A stretch of 64,000 bases of DNA from Macrostomum hystrix. Its lineage: Eukaryota; Animalia; Platyhelminthes. A program made the position numbers and the translations under genes. Below the pieces are notes generated by a model. It was not told where the DNA came from. It made no database searches and saw only the letters and a program-made list of their open reading frames with translations. This document shows, piece by piece, positions 35,357-54,579 of the stretch (position 1 is the first letter of the stretch; each line of letters starts with the position of its first letter). The DNA lies in assembly GCA_950097015.1 (NCBI GenBank), contig CATNEN010000033.1, positions 4,464,001 to 4,528,000 of the forward strand, given 5' to 3'.

Positions 35357-38244
35357 TTACAGCTCCTCCTTCTTCTTGTCCTCGGAAGTCTCGGTTTCCT
35401 GCGGATTGGGTAACAAATTGCAACCGATTAATTGACTCAATTGCAACTGAGAACAACTGTAAGAGTAAGTTTTCAATGCAGGCAAACTCACAGCATCCTT
35501 GGCCGGCTTGCCGCCAGCCTCCAGGAACTTCTTGAATCCCTCGAGGGTGCGGTCGCCCTCGTAGTCGATGATCTCGTCAGAGTTGGCCGGGAAGAACTTG
35601 ATGGTAGGGAAGGACTGCACCTTGACGTCCTCGACTTCGTTGGCAGTGGAGTCCATCTTGGCGATGACGATGCTGGCGTGGTCCTTGTATTCCTCGCCCA
35701 GCTTGTCCCAGATTGGGGCCAGCTGCTTGCAGTGGCCGCACCAGGGAGCGTAGAACTCAACCAGCACATTCTTGGTCTTGTCGCGGGTCACCTCGTTGAA
35801 GTTCTTGCCAACCAGCACCTTGACGGGCTCCTTGTCCCAGTCGGCGGGCACATCCTGGGACATGAGGTGCGGCTTGAGCTTGCCATCCAGAACGCTCGCC
35901 ACAAACTGGATCAGGTTGTCGGAGGTGATGTCGGCGAACTCCGGCTTGTACTTCACCATGTCCTCGTCCAGGGCGATGAACCGGACGGCTGGGCACTCCT
36001 CCTTCTTCAAGCCGAAGAACTCCAGGATGCGCTCGTTGTCCTCGATGCCAATGTCGACGTAGATGAACAGAGCCTTGCCTGGCAACACGGGAGGATCAGA
36101 ATAATTTTTTGTATGGAGAGAAATCCTTTTTTCTTTCAGGCTTAAGGACATTAAGACGTCAAGAAAGTAAATACACTTATAAATGACCGAAGACTACATA
36201 TTCAAAGCAATGAAAAACGCACTGGAAAAGATTGACTGCAGGTAAGATAGTACTAAGACTCAGTGATTTACAATAATTTTATCCACAAGTTTATGTTAAA
36301 GGCATCCAAATTCGATAGGCATTAAAATACTGATATGCATTACAAAGCTTTTGAGTTGGCACAGAGATTAATAAATGAAGAATCAAAGCTAATAACAAAC
36401 TGAACACCTCCAAGCTGTTGAATATAGTTTTACCTTCCAGTTAATTTGGTGAGCAACGACACAGCTGATTAAAATGCATTCTGAAAGCCTTTAGATAATG
36501 TTAATCAAGAGAGCCAAAGTGAAAATATGAAGACCGACGGCGGTTAGGAATTGACTTTTTAACACAGAAGAATCACATTAAAAAACTGACCCAATAGCCG
36601 CGTGGAACAGGGCGGAGAACATTGGCTAGCACTCACCCTTGAACTGCTCAGCTGGCGCCTTCAGCTGCTCCATGATGCCGCTGAACTGGGCCTCGTCCGA
36701 CTTCTTCAGGAACACCAGCAGGTGCTTCTTAACGTCGCCGCCAAAGATATCGCCGGCGGTCTCCTGGGTGAACTCATTAATGAGGGGCAGCTTGTTGCTT
36801 TTGACGAACTTGGCGACCTCCTCGGCGGTGAAGGGTCCAGTGTAGGGAATGCGAGAGCCGTCGGTCTTCTTGAAAAGGATCACGGTGTCCTGCTCGACCT
36901 TGAACTCTGCCAGCACATCGGCGTTGCTGACCAAGCCACAGGGAATATCCTCCAGCTTGGAGAAGGCAGCAGCCTCGTAGTTCTTGGCATCCTCGGAGCT
37001 GGTGTCCTTGAAGAAACCGATCACGGTGATTTCCTTGTCATTGATGAACTTCTGGGCAGCATCCACAGAGTCGAGGGGCTGGGTTGGTGGTCCCAACTTC
37101 TTCTCCAGCCAAGCAATGATGGTGTCGGCAGTCCTGCCACCACTGTAGTCCATGGGAGTCTGCTCCTTGAAGAACTTGATTGTTGGGTAGCCCTGGACGC
37201 CATACTTCTCAGCCAGCTTTCCCTCAGTTGTAGCATCAACCTTGGCCAGTTTGATCTCAGAATTCTTCTCCTTTAGCTGCTGTGCCGCTTTGGCATACTC
37301 TGGAGCCAAGGCCTTGCAGTGACCACACCATGGAGCATCTAGGAAAGGAAACATTTTTAGCAGCTATTTAAAAAAATAATTATCAAGCAGCCTAGTCAAT
37401 AATAATTATCATAAATATGAATATAATAATTAAATAGCTTTTAAGTAATGCAAAGCAATCACACAATTAAATAAATATTAACTGAGCAACATATCATATA
37501 TCTAATGATGTCAGGCCAAAAATGATCTAAAATGTTAAAAATTTACAAATGTCATTTTTAAAACCCTTCTTTATCTAAAAGTAAAAATAAATAAATATTT
37601 GAGCTACTAAGCTACTAACATTAGATACAGAATTTGATAGCTGTGCTAAAACTACCACTAAAATATATAAACTGAATTTTTCTCCAGTTTTGTTATCTTA
37701 ATATAAAATTGGATAAACCTATAATACAGTATAGGAAAAGACAAGAATTATAGCGAATTTGATATTTGACTTGCATATATTAAGGGTCCAACAGGACTTT
37801 AATAGACAAGCAACTAGATATATAAGAAGAGTAGAGATTGAGGTGCAATGCATAAGCAACATGCGATTTCTTGGTGAAAATACTGACCAAATATCCCAAC
37901 AAGCGATGCCTATTTTCAAAAAAAACTAACAGTTTTTAAGCTCTTTTGCTTTTTGCTGTTTTACTTTATTAATTTCGCTATTTCCGAGCAATATATATTT
38001 TTCTTTTTTACATGGGCACTAAAATGTAAAAAATTACTTTTGACTGCTCTAAATAGATAAACTGACTAGAATTATCACCAATGGTTAACTTACAGAATTC
38101 AACAAGAACGAACTTATTAGCCTGCAAGGCAGAATCGAAGTTCTTCTCAGTCAACACTAGAACGCCTTCTTCTTCCGTGATAGTTTCATCCGCAAATGCA
38201 ACACATGCCACGAAGGCAAAAAGAGCAACCTTAAAAAGAAGCAT
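35357..38244 (-). CDS. P4HB: Protein disulfide isomerase (PDIA1/P4HB); exons 38244-38094, 37338-36637, 36078-35492, 35398-35357; about 493 aa
   Basis: Signal peptide, two YAPWCGHC active sites, a-b-b'-a' layout, and acidic tail ending KKKEEL*. All GT-AG junctions join in frame (phases 1, 1, 0). Confidence 0.96.
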
Positions 38245-38344
38245 TATTAAATAGTACTACGATATTGGTAGGTATAACGAATTGGTAGGTAGGAATTGCT
38301 TCTGACAGCCGTAAATAGTGAGTAGAAGTAGAAGAAAGGAAAAG

Positions 38345-38399
38345 AAGTGAATTCTGTAATGACAGAGATTTCAGTTTAAATAGTGCGATCCACACGTCA
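38345..38399 (-). promoter_or_regulatory. Putative PDI core promoter: XBP1/UPRE-like TGACGTGT, TATTTAAA box, Inr-like TCACTT
   Basis: On the minus strand: TGACGTGT at 38399-38392, TATTTAAA at 38382-38375, TCACTT at 38350-38345, about 100 nt before ATG 38244. PDI genes are known UPR targets. The motifs are short and could occur by chance. Confidence 0.4.
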
Positions 38400-38806
38400 C
38401 ACAACGTAGACAGAAAAAATATAATAAATGAATCTCAATTTTGCGTTAGAAATACATTTTTATTATTTCGAAACATTTTATTTAGTTCTCAACGCATAGC
38501 TAGAAAATTTACAAAAAATGTTTGCTTTAATGCTCAAACGACAATCGTAATAACTAAGTCCGTTGGGTAATGTTCGTTGTAATTTTAAAAGTGCATAGTA
38601 TTAAAGCATTAGTATTAAAGTTCATAGTAAGTGCATAATATCTACAGACGAAATTCGGTTCTCTTGCATTTATATTTCTTATCATAAAAAACCACTGTCT
38701 ACTAGCACTATATAGGAGACTTATATACAGATTCAACGGGGATGGCAATGATTGCATTGAGGATAACAAATGACTATTATCTGTAAAGCTTTGCTCCTTT
38801 AAAATA

Positions 38807-39550
38807 TCAGATTCGAAACAGGTGGCAGACCAGCAGAGCGAATGTTGACTGGGATCGACAATGCTGAGCCCGAACAATAAAGTCGCCACCGCTGCCGCTA
38901 CTGCAACGGACGCTGCGGGTCACACTCGCAAAGCTGCCGTCCTCCGCGCCGTCGCCAACTGTCACCAAGACAACTAACTTCCAGCGGCCGTCTCTGAAGC
39001 CGACCTTGGCCATGACAGCCAGCGCGTCAGTGGCAAGCAAAATGGCTAGGCTGCGACTTGCCAGAAGGTCGGCTGCTCGATGGGAGAAGGCTTTCATGCG
39101 CTGCTCCAGGCTACAAGTGAGCTCCACCGCAGCTGCGTCAGCCGCCGCCTCTGCCGCCGATTTCGCGTTGGCTGCAATCTGAAGCGTCAGCGTCTGACAT
39201 CGGCGCTCCGCAAATAAAGCTTCAGAGAAACATGACCGACAAGGATCTTCAGCTTCGACGGGGCATTCTTGAATGCTTGATTGGCAGCTTCGTCCAGTCT
39301 GGCGGAGCAGTTCTCGTAGCCGAAGCCCCGCAGTGTCGCTGTCCCCGACGTCAGAGCCGTCGTCTGACTTCGCCTCATCGGCCGACTGCCGTTGAAACTG
39401 GAATTTCCGCAGCGCAGCCAAGAGCAGCCCGTCCGAGTCGACGCGGCGATGTGGACACTTGCACTCGGTTGGCGCCATCAAGGAGGCCGTCGGTGGCTCG
39501 GCAGGTGGCAGGGCCGCTGGAGACACGTCGTGAATGACGCTGCCAGGCAT
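38807..39550 (-). CDS. Tctex1-domain (dynein light chain Tctex-type) protein with long N-terminal extension, 247 aa, single exon
   Basis: C-terminal GRWKLVVLVTVG..GSFASVTRSV..DF..SQSTFALLVCHLFRI* parallels the Tctex1 pattern RYKxVVQVxIG..GxxxASRxxW..D..NxSxFxVxxVFxxY*. GC-rich, coding-like. Divergent, so the family call is by eye. Confidence 0.55.
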   Translation of the reverse strand: MPGSVIHDVSPAALPPAEPPTASLMAPTECKCPHRRVDSDGLLLAALRKFQFQRQSADEAKSDDGSDVGDSDTAGLRLRELLRQTGRSCQSSIQECPVEAEDPCRSCFSEALFAERRCQTLTLQIAANAKSAAEAAADAAAVELTCSLEQRMKAFSHRAADLLASRSLAILLATDALAVMAKVGFRDGRWKLVVLVTVGDGAEDGSFASVTRSVRCSSGSGGDFIVRAQHCRSQSTFALLVCHLFRI

Positions 39551-40127
39551 TCGCTAATTCTGCAAAGCCTCTCGGAGCCGCAATAGAAATCGAAAGTTCG
39601 GCTTTAGTTATCAATGGCCAGCTAATTTATAAAAGATACTTTTCTTCACGCCTGTAAAGAAAGTGCTCAATTTATTATGCTCTGTTCAATTGGTCAGCCT
39701 AGCGAATTGGTGGGGGCGAAGAGTTGTGCAGGTCTCAATAGCAGCTATTCACAAGATGCGAAGTTCTCTTGCATTGTTCTGCTTCAAAAGCCGCCCGCCA
39801 CAGTCATTTTTTATTTAATTTAGCATTTTTTACTTCAATTGAACTTGGCTGCGTGCCAGATGGTTGTAAAATTTTTGAATTCTTGCTGAGCGTGACAAAT
39901 GAGGCATTGGCTGACCCTCTGCGTGCAGTTGAGGCTTGGTAGTAGAACAATGGAATATTATAACCCTCGACTGCTTCGCTATAAAATAATGAACGATGAA
40001 CGCTTGAAACATAATAAAAACCTTTTGTGTAGTAAGCGCACAATTAAGGCCAAATTAATAAGATTTTTTTATCTGATAAACCGTATTTGGAGGTGGACCA
40101 GTGAGAATGCGAGAGCAGCCCCCCCTA

Positions 40128-40410
40128 AACCGCAGGGGGGACATCCGGGCAGTCACCATGACCCTCTCTTGCCATGGCTGTTTCGCTAGGCAAAATCCGC
40201 ATACGTAGAGGATGCAGAGCATTTCATTTGCGACTGCCCCGCCATTACTCAGGCTAACCGATCTCGACCCAAACCCGGATCTCTCCGACGTTTTCAGGCC
40301 TGAGAATATATGCCACCGGAAAAGCGACTCTCCACCTCCTGGACTCTCCGGAGGAGGACCGCGCCTTGAAAGTCGGCATCACCGGATCCCCTGCGACACC
40401 GCAGCTTTAG
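40128..40410 (+). mobile_element. Non-LTR retrotransposon 3' fragment (copy B) with CCHC knuckle remnant
   Basis: LNRRGDIRAVTMTLSCHGCFAR, then after a frameshift EDAEHFICDCPA, the typical C-terminal zinc-knuckle half of LINE ORF2. Homologous to 31491-31606. Confidence 0.7.
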
Positions 40411-40519
40411 TGGTCCGTGGTCGCCAGGTGCCGCAACGCCTCCCCGCTGCCTCCGAAGGATGCCCCCTGCAGCTAAGTCAAGTAAGTCAAGCCCTCAAGT
40501 ATCCTTCAAGCTAAAGCTG

Positions 40520-43228
40520 TCCATGAAGTATCTGGTAGAGTGGTCACTGAAGTATCCGGTAGAGCGGTCACTGAAGTATCTGGTAGAGCGGTCCCCGAGG
40601 TATCTGGTAGAGCTGTCCATGAAGTATCAGGTAGAGTGGTCCCTGAGGTATCTGGTAGAGCTGTCCCTGAAGTATCCAGTAGAGTGGCCCCTGAGGTATC
40701 TGGTAGAGCTGTCCCTGAAGTATCCAGTAGAGTGGCCCCTGAGGTATCTGGTAGAGCTGTCCCTGAATTATCCAGTAGAGTGGCCCCTGAGGTATCTGGT
40801 AGAGCTGTCCCTGAAGTATCCGGTAGAGTGGCCCCTGAGGTATCTGGTAGAGCTGTCCCTGAAGTATCCGGTAGAGTGGTCCCTGAGGTATCTGGTAGAG
40901 CTGTCCCTGAAGTATCCGGTAGAGTGGCCCCTGAGGTATCTGGTAGAGCTGTCCCTGAAGTATCAGGTAGAGTGGTCCCTTAGGTATCTGGTAGAGCTGT
41001 CCATGAAGTATCAGGTAGAGTGGTCCCTGAGGTATCTGGTAGAGCTGTCCCTGAAGTATCCAGTAGAGTGGCCCCTGAGGTATCTGGTAGAGCTGTCCCT
41101 GAAGTATCCGGTAGAGTGGTCCCTGAGGTATCTGGTAGAGCTGTCCCTGAAGTATCCAGTAGAGTGGTCCCTGAGGTATCTGGTAGAGCTGTCCCTGAAG
41201 TATCCGGTAGAGTGGCCCCTGAGGTATCTGGTAGAGCTGTCCCTGAAGTATCAGGTAGAGTGGTCCCTTAGGTATCTAGTAGAGCTGTCCCTGAAGTATC
41301 AGGTAGAGTGGTCCCTTAGGTATCTGGTAGAGCTGTCCATGAAGTATCCGGTAGAGTGGCCCCTTAGGTATCTGGTAGAGTGGCCCCTGAGGTATCTGGT
41401 AGAGCTGTCCCTGAAGTATCCAGTAGAGTGGCCCCTGAGGTATCTGGTAGAGCTGTCCCTGAAGTATCCAGTAGAGTGGCCCCTGAGGTATCTGGTAGAG
41501 CTGTCCCTGAAGTATCCAGTAGAGTGGCCCCTGAGGTATCTGGTAGAGCTGTCCCTGAAGTATCCAGTAGAGTGGCCCCTGAGGTATCTGGTAGAGCTGT
41601 CCCTGAAGTATCCAGTAGAGTGGCCCCTGAGGTATCTGGTAGAGCTGTCCCTGAAGTATCCGGTAGAGTGGTCCCGGAGGTATCTGGTAGAGCTGTCCCT
41701 GAAGTATCCGGTAGAGTGGTCCCTGAGGTATCTGGTAGAGCTGTCCCTGAAGTATCCGGTAGAGTGGTCCCTGAGGTATCTGGTAGAGCTGTCCCTGAAG
41801 TATCCGGTAGAGTGGTCCCTGAGGTATCTGGTAGAGCTGTCCCTGGAGTATCCAGTAGAGTGGTCCCTGAGGTATCTGGTAGAGCTGTCCCTGAAGTATC
41901 CAGTAGAGTGGCCCCTGAGGTATCTGGTAGAGCTGTCCCTGAAGTATCCGGTAGAGTGGTCCCTGAGGTATCTGGTAGAGCTGTCCCTGAAGTATCCAGT
42001 AGAGTGGTCCCTGAGGTATCTGGTAGAGCTGTCCCTGAAGTATCCAGTAGAGTGGCCCCTGAGGTATCTGGTAGAGCTGTCCCTGAAGTATCCGGTAGAG
42101 TGGTCCCTGAGGTATCTGGTAGAGCTGTCCCTGAAGTATCCGGTAGAGTGGTCCCTGAGGTATCTGGTAGAGCTGTCCCTGAAGTATCCGGTAGAGTGGC
42201 CCCTGAGGTATCTGGTAGAGCTGTCCCTGAAGTATCCGGTAGAGTGGTCCCTGAGGTATCTGGTAGAGCTGTCCCTGAAGTATCCGGTAGAGTGGTCCCT
42301 GAGGTATCTGGAAGAGCTGTCCCTGAAGTATCCGGTAGAGTGGTCCCTGAGGTATCTGGTAGAGCTGTCCCTGAAGTATCCAGTAGAGTGGCCCCTGAGG
42401 TATCTGGTAGAGCTGTCCCTGAAGTATCCGGTAGAGTGGTCCCTGAGGTATCTGGTAGAGCTGTCCCTGAAGTATCCGGTAGAGTGGTCCCTGAGGTATC
42501 TGGAAGAGCTGTCCCTGAGGTATCCGGTAGAGTGGTCCCTGAGGTATCTGGTAGAGCTGTCCCTGAAGTATCCGGTAGAGTGGCCCCTGAGGTATCTGGT
42601 AGAGCTGTCCCTGAAGTATCCAGTAGAGTGGTCCCTGAGGTATCTGGTAGAGCTGTCCCTGAAGTATCTGGTAGAGTGGCCCCTGAGGTATCTGGTAGAG
42701 CTGTCCATGAAGTATCCGGTAGAGTGGCCCCTGAGGTATCTGGTAGAGCTGTCCATGAAGTATCCGGTAGAGTGGCCCCTGAGGTATCTGGTAGAGCTGT
42801 CCCTGAAGTATCCGGTAGAGTGGCCCCTGAGGTATCTGGTAGAGCTGTCCCTGAAGTATCTGGTAGAGTGGTCTCTGAGGTATCTGGTAGAGCTGTCCCT
42901 GAAGTATCCGGTAGAGTGGTCTCTGAGGTATCTGGTAGAGCTGTCCCTGAAGTATCCGGTAGAGTGGTCCCTGAGGTATCTGGTAGAGCTGTCCCTGAAG
43001 TATCCGGTAGAGTGGCCCCTGAGGTATCTGGTAGAGCTGTCCCTGAAGTATCTGGTAGAGTGGTCCCTGAGGTATCTGGTAGAGCTGTCCCTGAAGTATC
43101 CGGTAGAGTGGTCCCTGAGGTATCTGGTAGAGCTGTCCCTGAAGTATCCGGTAGAGTGGTCCCTGAGGTATCTGGTAGAGCTGTCCATGAAGTATCCGGT
43201 AGAGTGGCCCCTGAGGTATCTGGTAGAG
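40520..43228. repeat. 48-bp (2 x 24-bp) minisatellite, about 2.7 kb
   Basis: Unit GAGGTATCTGGTAGAGCTGTCCCTGAAGTATCCGGTAGAGTGGTCCCT. Confidence 0.97.
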
Positions 43229-43717
43229 CGAACCCTGAAAAATGCAGTGTTAGCTGCATTAGAGGCAAATAAGGATTGCCTGCGCATTCGCATGAGTCTC
43301 ATTGCCTGCTCAGAATGACTCAGCATAGCGGCAGTCCAATATTGCATACCCCTTGCAGAGCAGAGCACGGAAAATTGTAAAGAACAGCGCAATGCGCATT
43401 TCTTGGCTCCACATCTTGCAAGAACTCCAGCTAGCACAGCGGGTTGCGAGTAAAGTTATATCGCGGCTTGAAACAGCTCATATATGCCTTCGCCAAATGT
43501 TGCGTCATTTCTTTGCGCTCGAACTTACGTTCAAATTCCTGCATTCCATTGAGAATTTTTATGGCATTTCAAACTGAAAATATTTTATTAGTCGAATATA
43601 AAAACTGACTCCAATACGGATCGCTAGTTAATCGATTCTAGTAAATATATTTTAATAAGTAAAAATAATTAATACTATTTCAGTTGCCACCCAGAACTTA
43701 CAGAACTGCCGCTAAAC

Positions 43718-44425
43718 AGCCCAAACTCACTGTCAGATCTCACAGATGATGTATTGCTGACCCAAACTCACTGTCAGATCTCACAGATGATGTATTGCTG
43801 ACCCAAACTCACTGTCAGATCTCACAGATGATGTATTGCTGACCCAAACTCACCTGTCAGAACTCACAGATGCTGTAGTACTGACCCAAACTCACCTGTC
43901 AGAACTCACAGATGCTGTAGTACTGACCCAAACTCACCTGTCAGATCCAACAGATGCGATATTGCTGACCCAAACTCACTGACAATCCAACAGATGCAAT
44001 ATTGCTGACCCAAACTCACTGACAATCCAGCAGATGCTGTATTGCTGACCCAAACTCACTGACAATCTAACAGATGCTTTAATACTGACCCAAACTCACT
44101 GACAATCTAACAGATGCTTTAATACTGATCCAAACTCACTGACAATCTAACAGATGCTTTAATACTGACCCAAACTCACTGACAATCTAACAGATGCTTT
44201 AATACTGATCCAAACTCACTGACAATCTAACAGATGCTTTAATACTGACCCAAACTCACTGACAATCTAACAGATGCTTTAATACTGACCCAAACTCACT
44301 GACAATCTAACAGATGCTTTAATACTGACCCAAACTCACTGACAATCTAACAGATGCTTTAATACTGACCCAAACTCACCTGACAATCCAACAGATGCTT
44401 TAATACTGACCCAAACTCACCTGTC
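43718..44425. repeat. 40-42-bp minisatellite with a positional sequence gradient
   Basis: CTGACCCAAACTCACTGTCAGATCTCACAGATGATGTATTG grades into CTGACCCAAACTCACTGACAATCTAACAGATGCTTTAATA. Confidence 0.93.
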
Positions 44426-45343
44426 ACATACGAGCGGTAGCGTCTTGAGTAAAGTACAAAAGCAAATGACAATTAAGCAAGCAGCAATTAGTTTACGACA
44501 AAAGAAGTGCAATAATTTTTAAGCTTGTTGCAGAGGCAATTGAAATGTGCATATATTTGTAGTTGTATTATTAATTCAGCCTAAGTGTACAAGTACATTT
44601 GGAGCTGGAGATAACTAAAGCTAAACAGTGATAGACTATTCGATCTGTACTCTCACATACTCAATAAGAGAATAAGAACTAATTCTAAGGAATTCTATTT
44701 AGAGAGTCGCAGAGATTACACAAGTTAAGAGATCCGCAGACAAGCTTCAAGCTATAAATTAACACTACTAAAATATCTAGGACAAAATATTATAAATTGT
44801 ATAACGTTAGGAGACGCGCGTATTGAAACTCCGATATTACAGGTAGAAATATATTAAATTAACAATTAAAACCAAGCACGCATAGAACAACAGTCGCATA
44901 GAGCTACTATGAGTAGGACGCGCAGGCGCGTTGGTTAAGTAGTTAATTTTTTTAATCAAAGTACAACAGTCACAGACAGGTGGGAATGGGGTTCGGCAGG
45001 CAGGGGGCAAAAAGCCATGTTGCAGCAGCGCATACATGTACAGTCAGGGGGAGCTGTGAAAGTTTAGGAAACCGACGGTGTTAATGTATCCTATCACAAT
45101 GTTTGTCAATTACTCGTAGTTTTAACAGTGGCTGTGCAATCTGCGGACAAAGTTTTTATTATTAAAGGGAAAATTTGAGAAACACAAGTGCAGAAATCAG
45201 AATCAGCCCCACCAACTCGACGTGTCCATTGTTATTGGCAGACTTAAAAAATCCGAAGAAAAGTAGCCCATTACGACTGCCCCTCCCGGCTGTCCGGGCA
45301 GCGCGGCCGGGCGGGCGGGGGCTGGCGCAGTCGGCGGACGGAC

Positions 45344-52250
<6,907 letters not shown>

Positions 52251-53657
52251 TTTGCAACGAAAAAGAATCTACGCAATAAATAAAAATTAATAACAACTAG
52301 CCTTACAAAAATGTATAGTCGACTTTTACTGCTTTGTTACACGTTTAAGTGATACAAAATATTATAAGATAACTACTAGAAAGCAGGAAATAAGTAATCA
52401 GACAAACCACCAATTATACGTATTAAAAACGTATACGACAAACGTGTAGACGCGAAATTACTTATAAAACAAATACACTACAGTTTGATCACCACTATGG
52501 AAGATTAGAAGTGGAAGAAGGAATTGGTGAATAATTTTCGGAGAAAAAACCCCAAAATTTAAAATAAGTAGAAATGGGTTAAACAAAGCAGTACAAAGTT
52601 CAAAGTTAATTAGTTCAGAAAAATACGAATAGATGTGGTAAAATATATGCAAGAAAAGTTTCCTTGTGATGTAATTTGTTAACTGACATAACAGAGCGGG
52701 AATTCAGAATAACTATATCGAAAAAGTTAAGTGAACAAACCATCGCAATATTCGGATAGGAATATGCAAGAACACGAGTATGTATAAAATTTAATAAATT
52801 TGTATTGATACTCATGAAGGCTTTCAGGACTTAACATCAGACAGATGTGAAGTGTTTTAGAAAATCTGCGACGCATGTACAAAATAAAGTAGAAATTTCT
52901 GTCGGGCAAAATGTACAGCCAGTGGCGCAGCCGCAGGGACAACTAGTTTTTATAGTAATTCCTGCGCAGTTGTATCTCGCTGCGCTTCCAAAAGCTGTGT
53001 ACAAATAAAGGTTGGAGTTCAGTTCGTGGACTGGGTGGCCGCCACCCAAATTTCTACCGCAGCTGATGCTGTCACGAATTTTACCGCAGGTATTTTACCT
53101 ATTACAAGTTTACTGGCTTGCTTGTTTTCTAGGCTTTATTTTACAGCACAGGAGATTGAGAGTCCTTCTCAAGTTAAACACAAACACAAATTATCTTCTT
53201 GCTGGCTGTGATACGAACTGCCGTCGACCACTCACGCAGGAGTCGGAAGCTCTATCCACTGGGCAACAATTATTGATTTACCACGTATTTCTTTAAGAGC
53301 TGTATTTTTATACTGCTTTAGTTTGTCACTTAATCTGGTTAGTAAATTAAGAATAGAATACAAACCCTTTGTTATATTATGATCGACGCGTTTTGTCGTA
53401 AATTTGGCACGCCTAAATAATCGTTTACTGTAAACAAAGACAAATTCTTGTTTTGAAAACCGGATAGCAATACGATCGACTTTCTGCATCAGCTATGAAC
53501 AGCCAGGTTTTAGTTTCGAAAAATATCATGCTTTGTGTTTCTGGACTATGCAGCTAAATACATGAATAATAGTGAAGAGGAACAAGGATTCTCTGAATAG
53601 AAAAATTATACATTGATGGCTAGCAAACAGCGACTGCGCGTTACAAAGCCAATACTG

Positions 53658-54543
53658 TCAGACAAGGCAGATGAGAACGGTCGGATGGTTGCGGTCGCAG
53701 ATGCACAGCATTCGCTGCCCGTCGTGCAGGCAGACGCAGCAGTGGATCGGACTGCGGCTGACGCCACCCTGCCACAGCAGACGCGTGGCTTCGAGCACCG
53801 GCTGGCAGCCGGGCTCGGCCGAGTAAATGTCCAGGCAGCCTCCAGCCCCATCGTTGGCCACTTTCACCACCAGGACCCGCGGCCCGTCCCAGATTACTAA
53901 AGGCGGATCGATGGACTCGAAGTCGACAGCGCTGGTGGCGCTTAGACGCAATACCGGACCTTCAACGAGGCTAAAGAGGCTCAGGCAGAAAGACGGCTGT
54001 GCCTTCGAGTGCAGCACCGCCAGCTGCTGCGTGGAGCCGCTCCAGCCAGCCGATACGGGTGCGCCCAGGCCGAGCTGGTGGCAGCCCATCTGCCTGCCCT
54101 GCAGGTCCATCAACAGGAGGCCCTTGCTAGGACAGCACAGGAAGGCCAAGCCTGGGGGATCAGCGGTGACAATGTCCATCGGCTCTAGGCTGGCCAGATT
54201 CAGCGTTCGAGTGGCCGAGGTGAATGGCTCCGCCGGACGGCCGCGCCGGTCCACCAGAAATGGCCTGGTGCTGTGCCTGCCGGCGTAGCTCAGCACTAGC
54301 AGGCGCTGCGACTGCGGGCACCAGGCCAGCCTGTAGGGATTCACTTCCTGGGTCAAGTTGAAGCAGAGCTGGCTGACTAGGCGACCACGAGCAGTATAAA
54401 TGTTCACGTCATTGAGCCGGTCCTCTTCGAACTCTTCAGCAACGTAGATGAGGTTCTCCGGCGGGCCAGCAAATGCAATTGACACTGGGCACCCGCTTGT
54501 GGATATCCGCTGTTGCTGCTGCTGCGGCGGCTGCTGCTGCGGC

Positions 54544-54579
<36 letters not shown>

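Noticed and set aside
40460-43318. Leucine-rich-repeat protein (LRYLVELSL)
   Set aside because: 8/16-residue periodicity with no LxxLxLxxN Asn, and other frames are equally open; satellite artefact.
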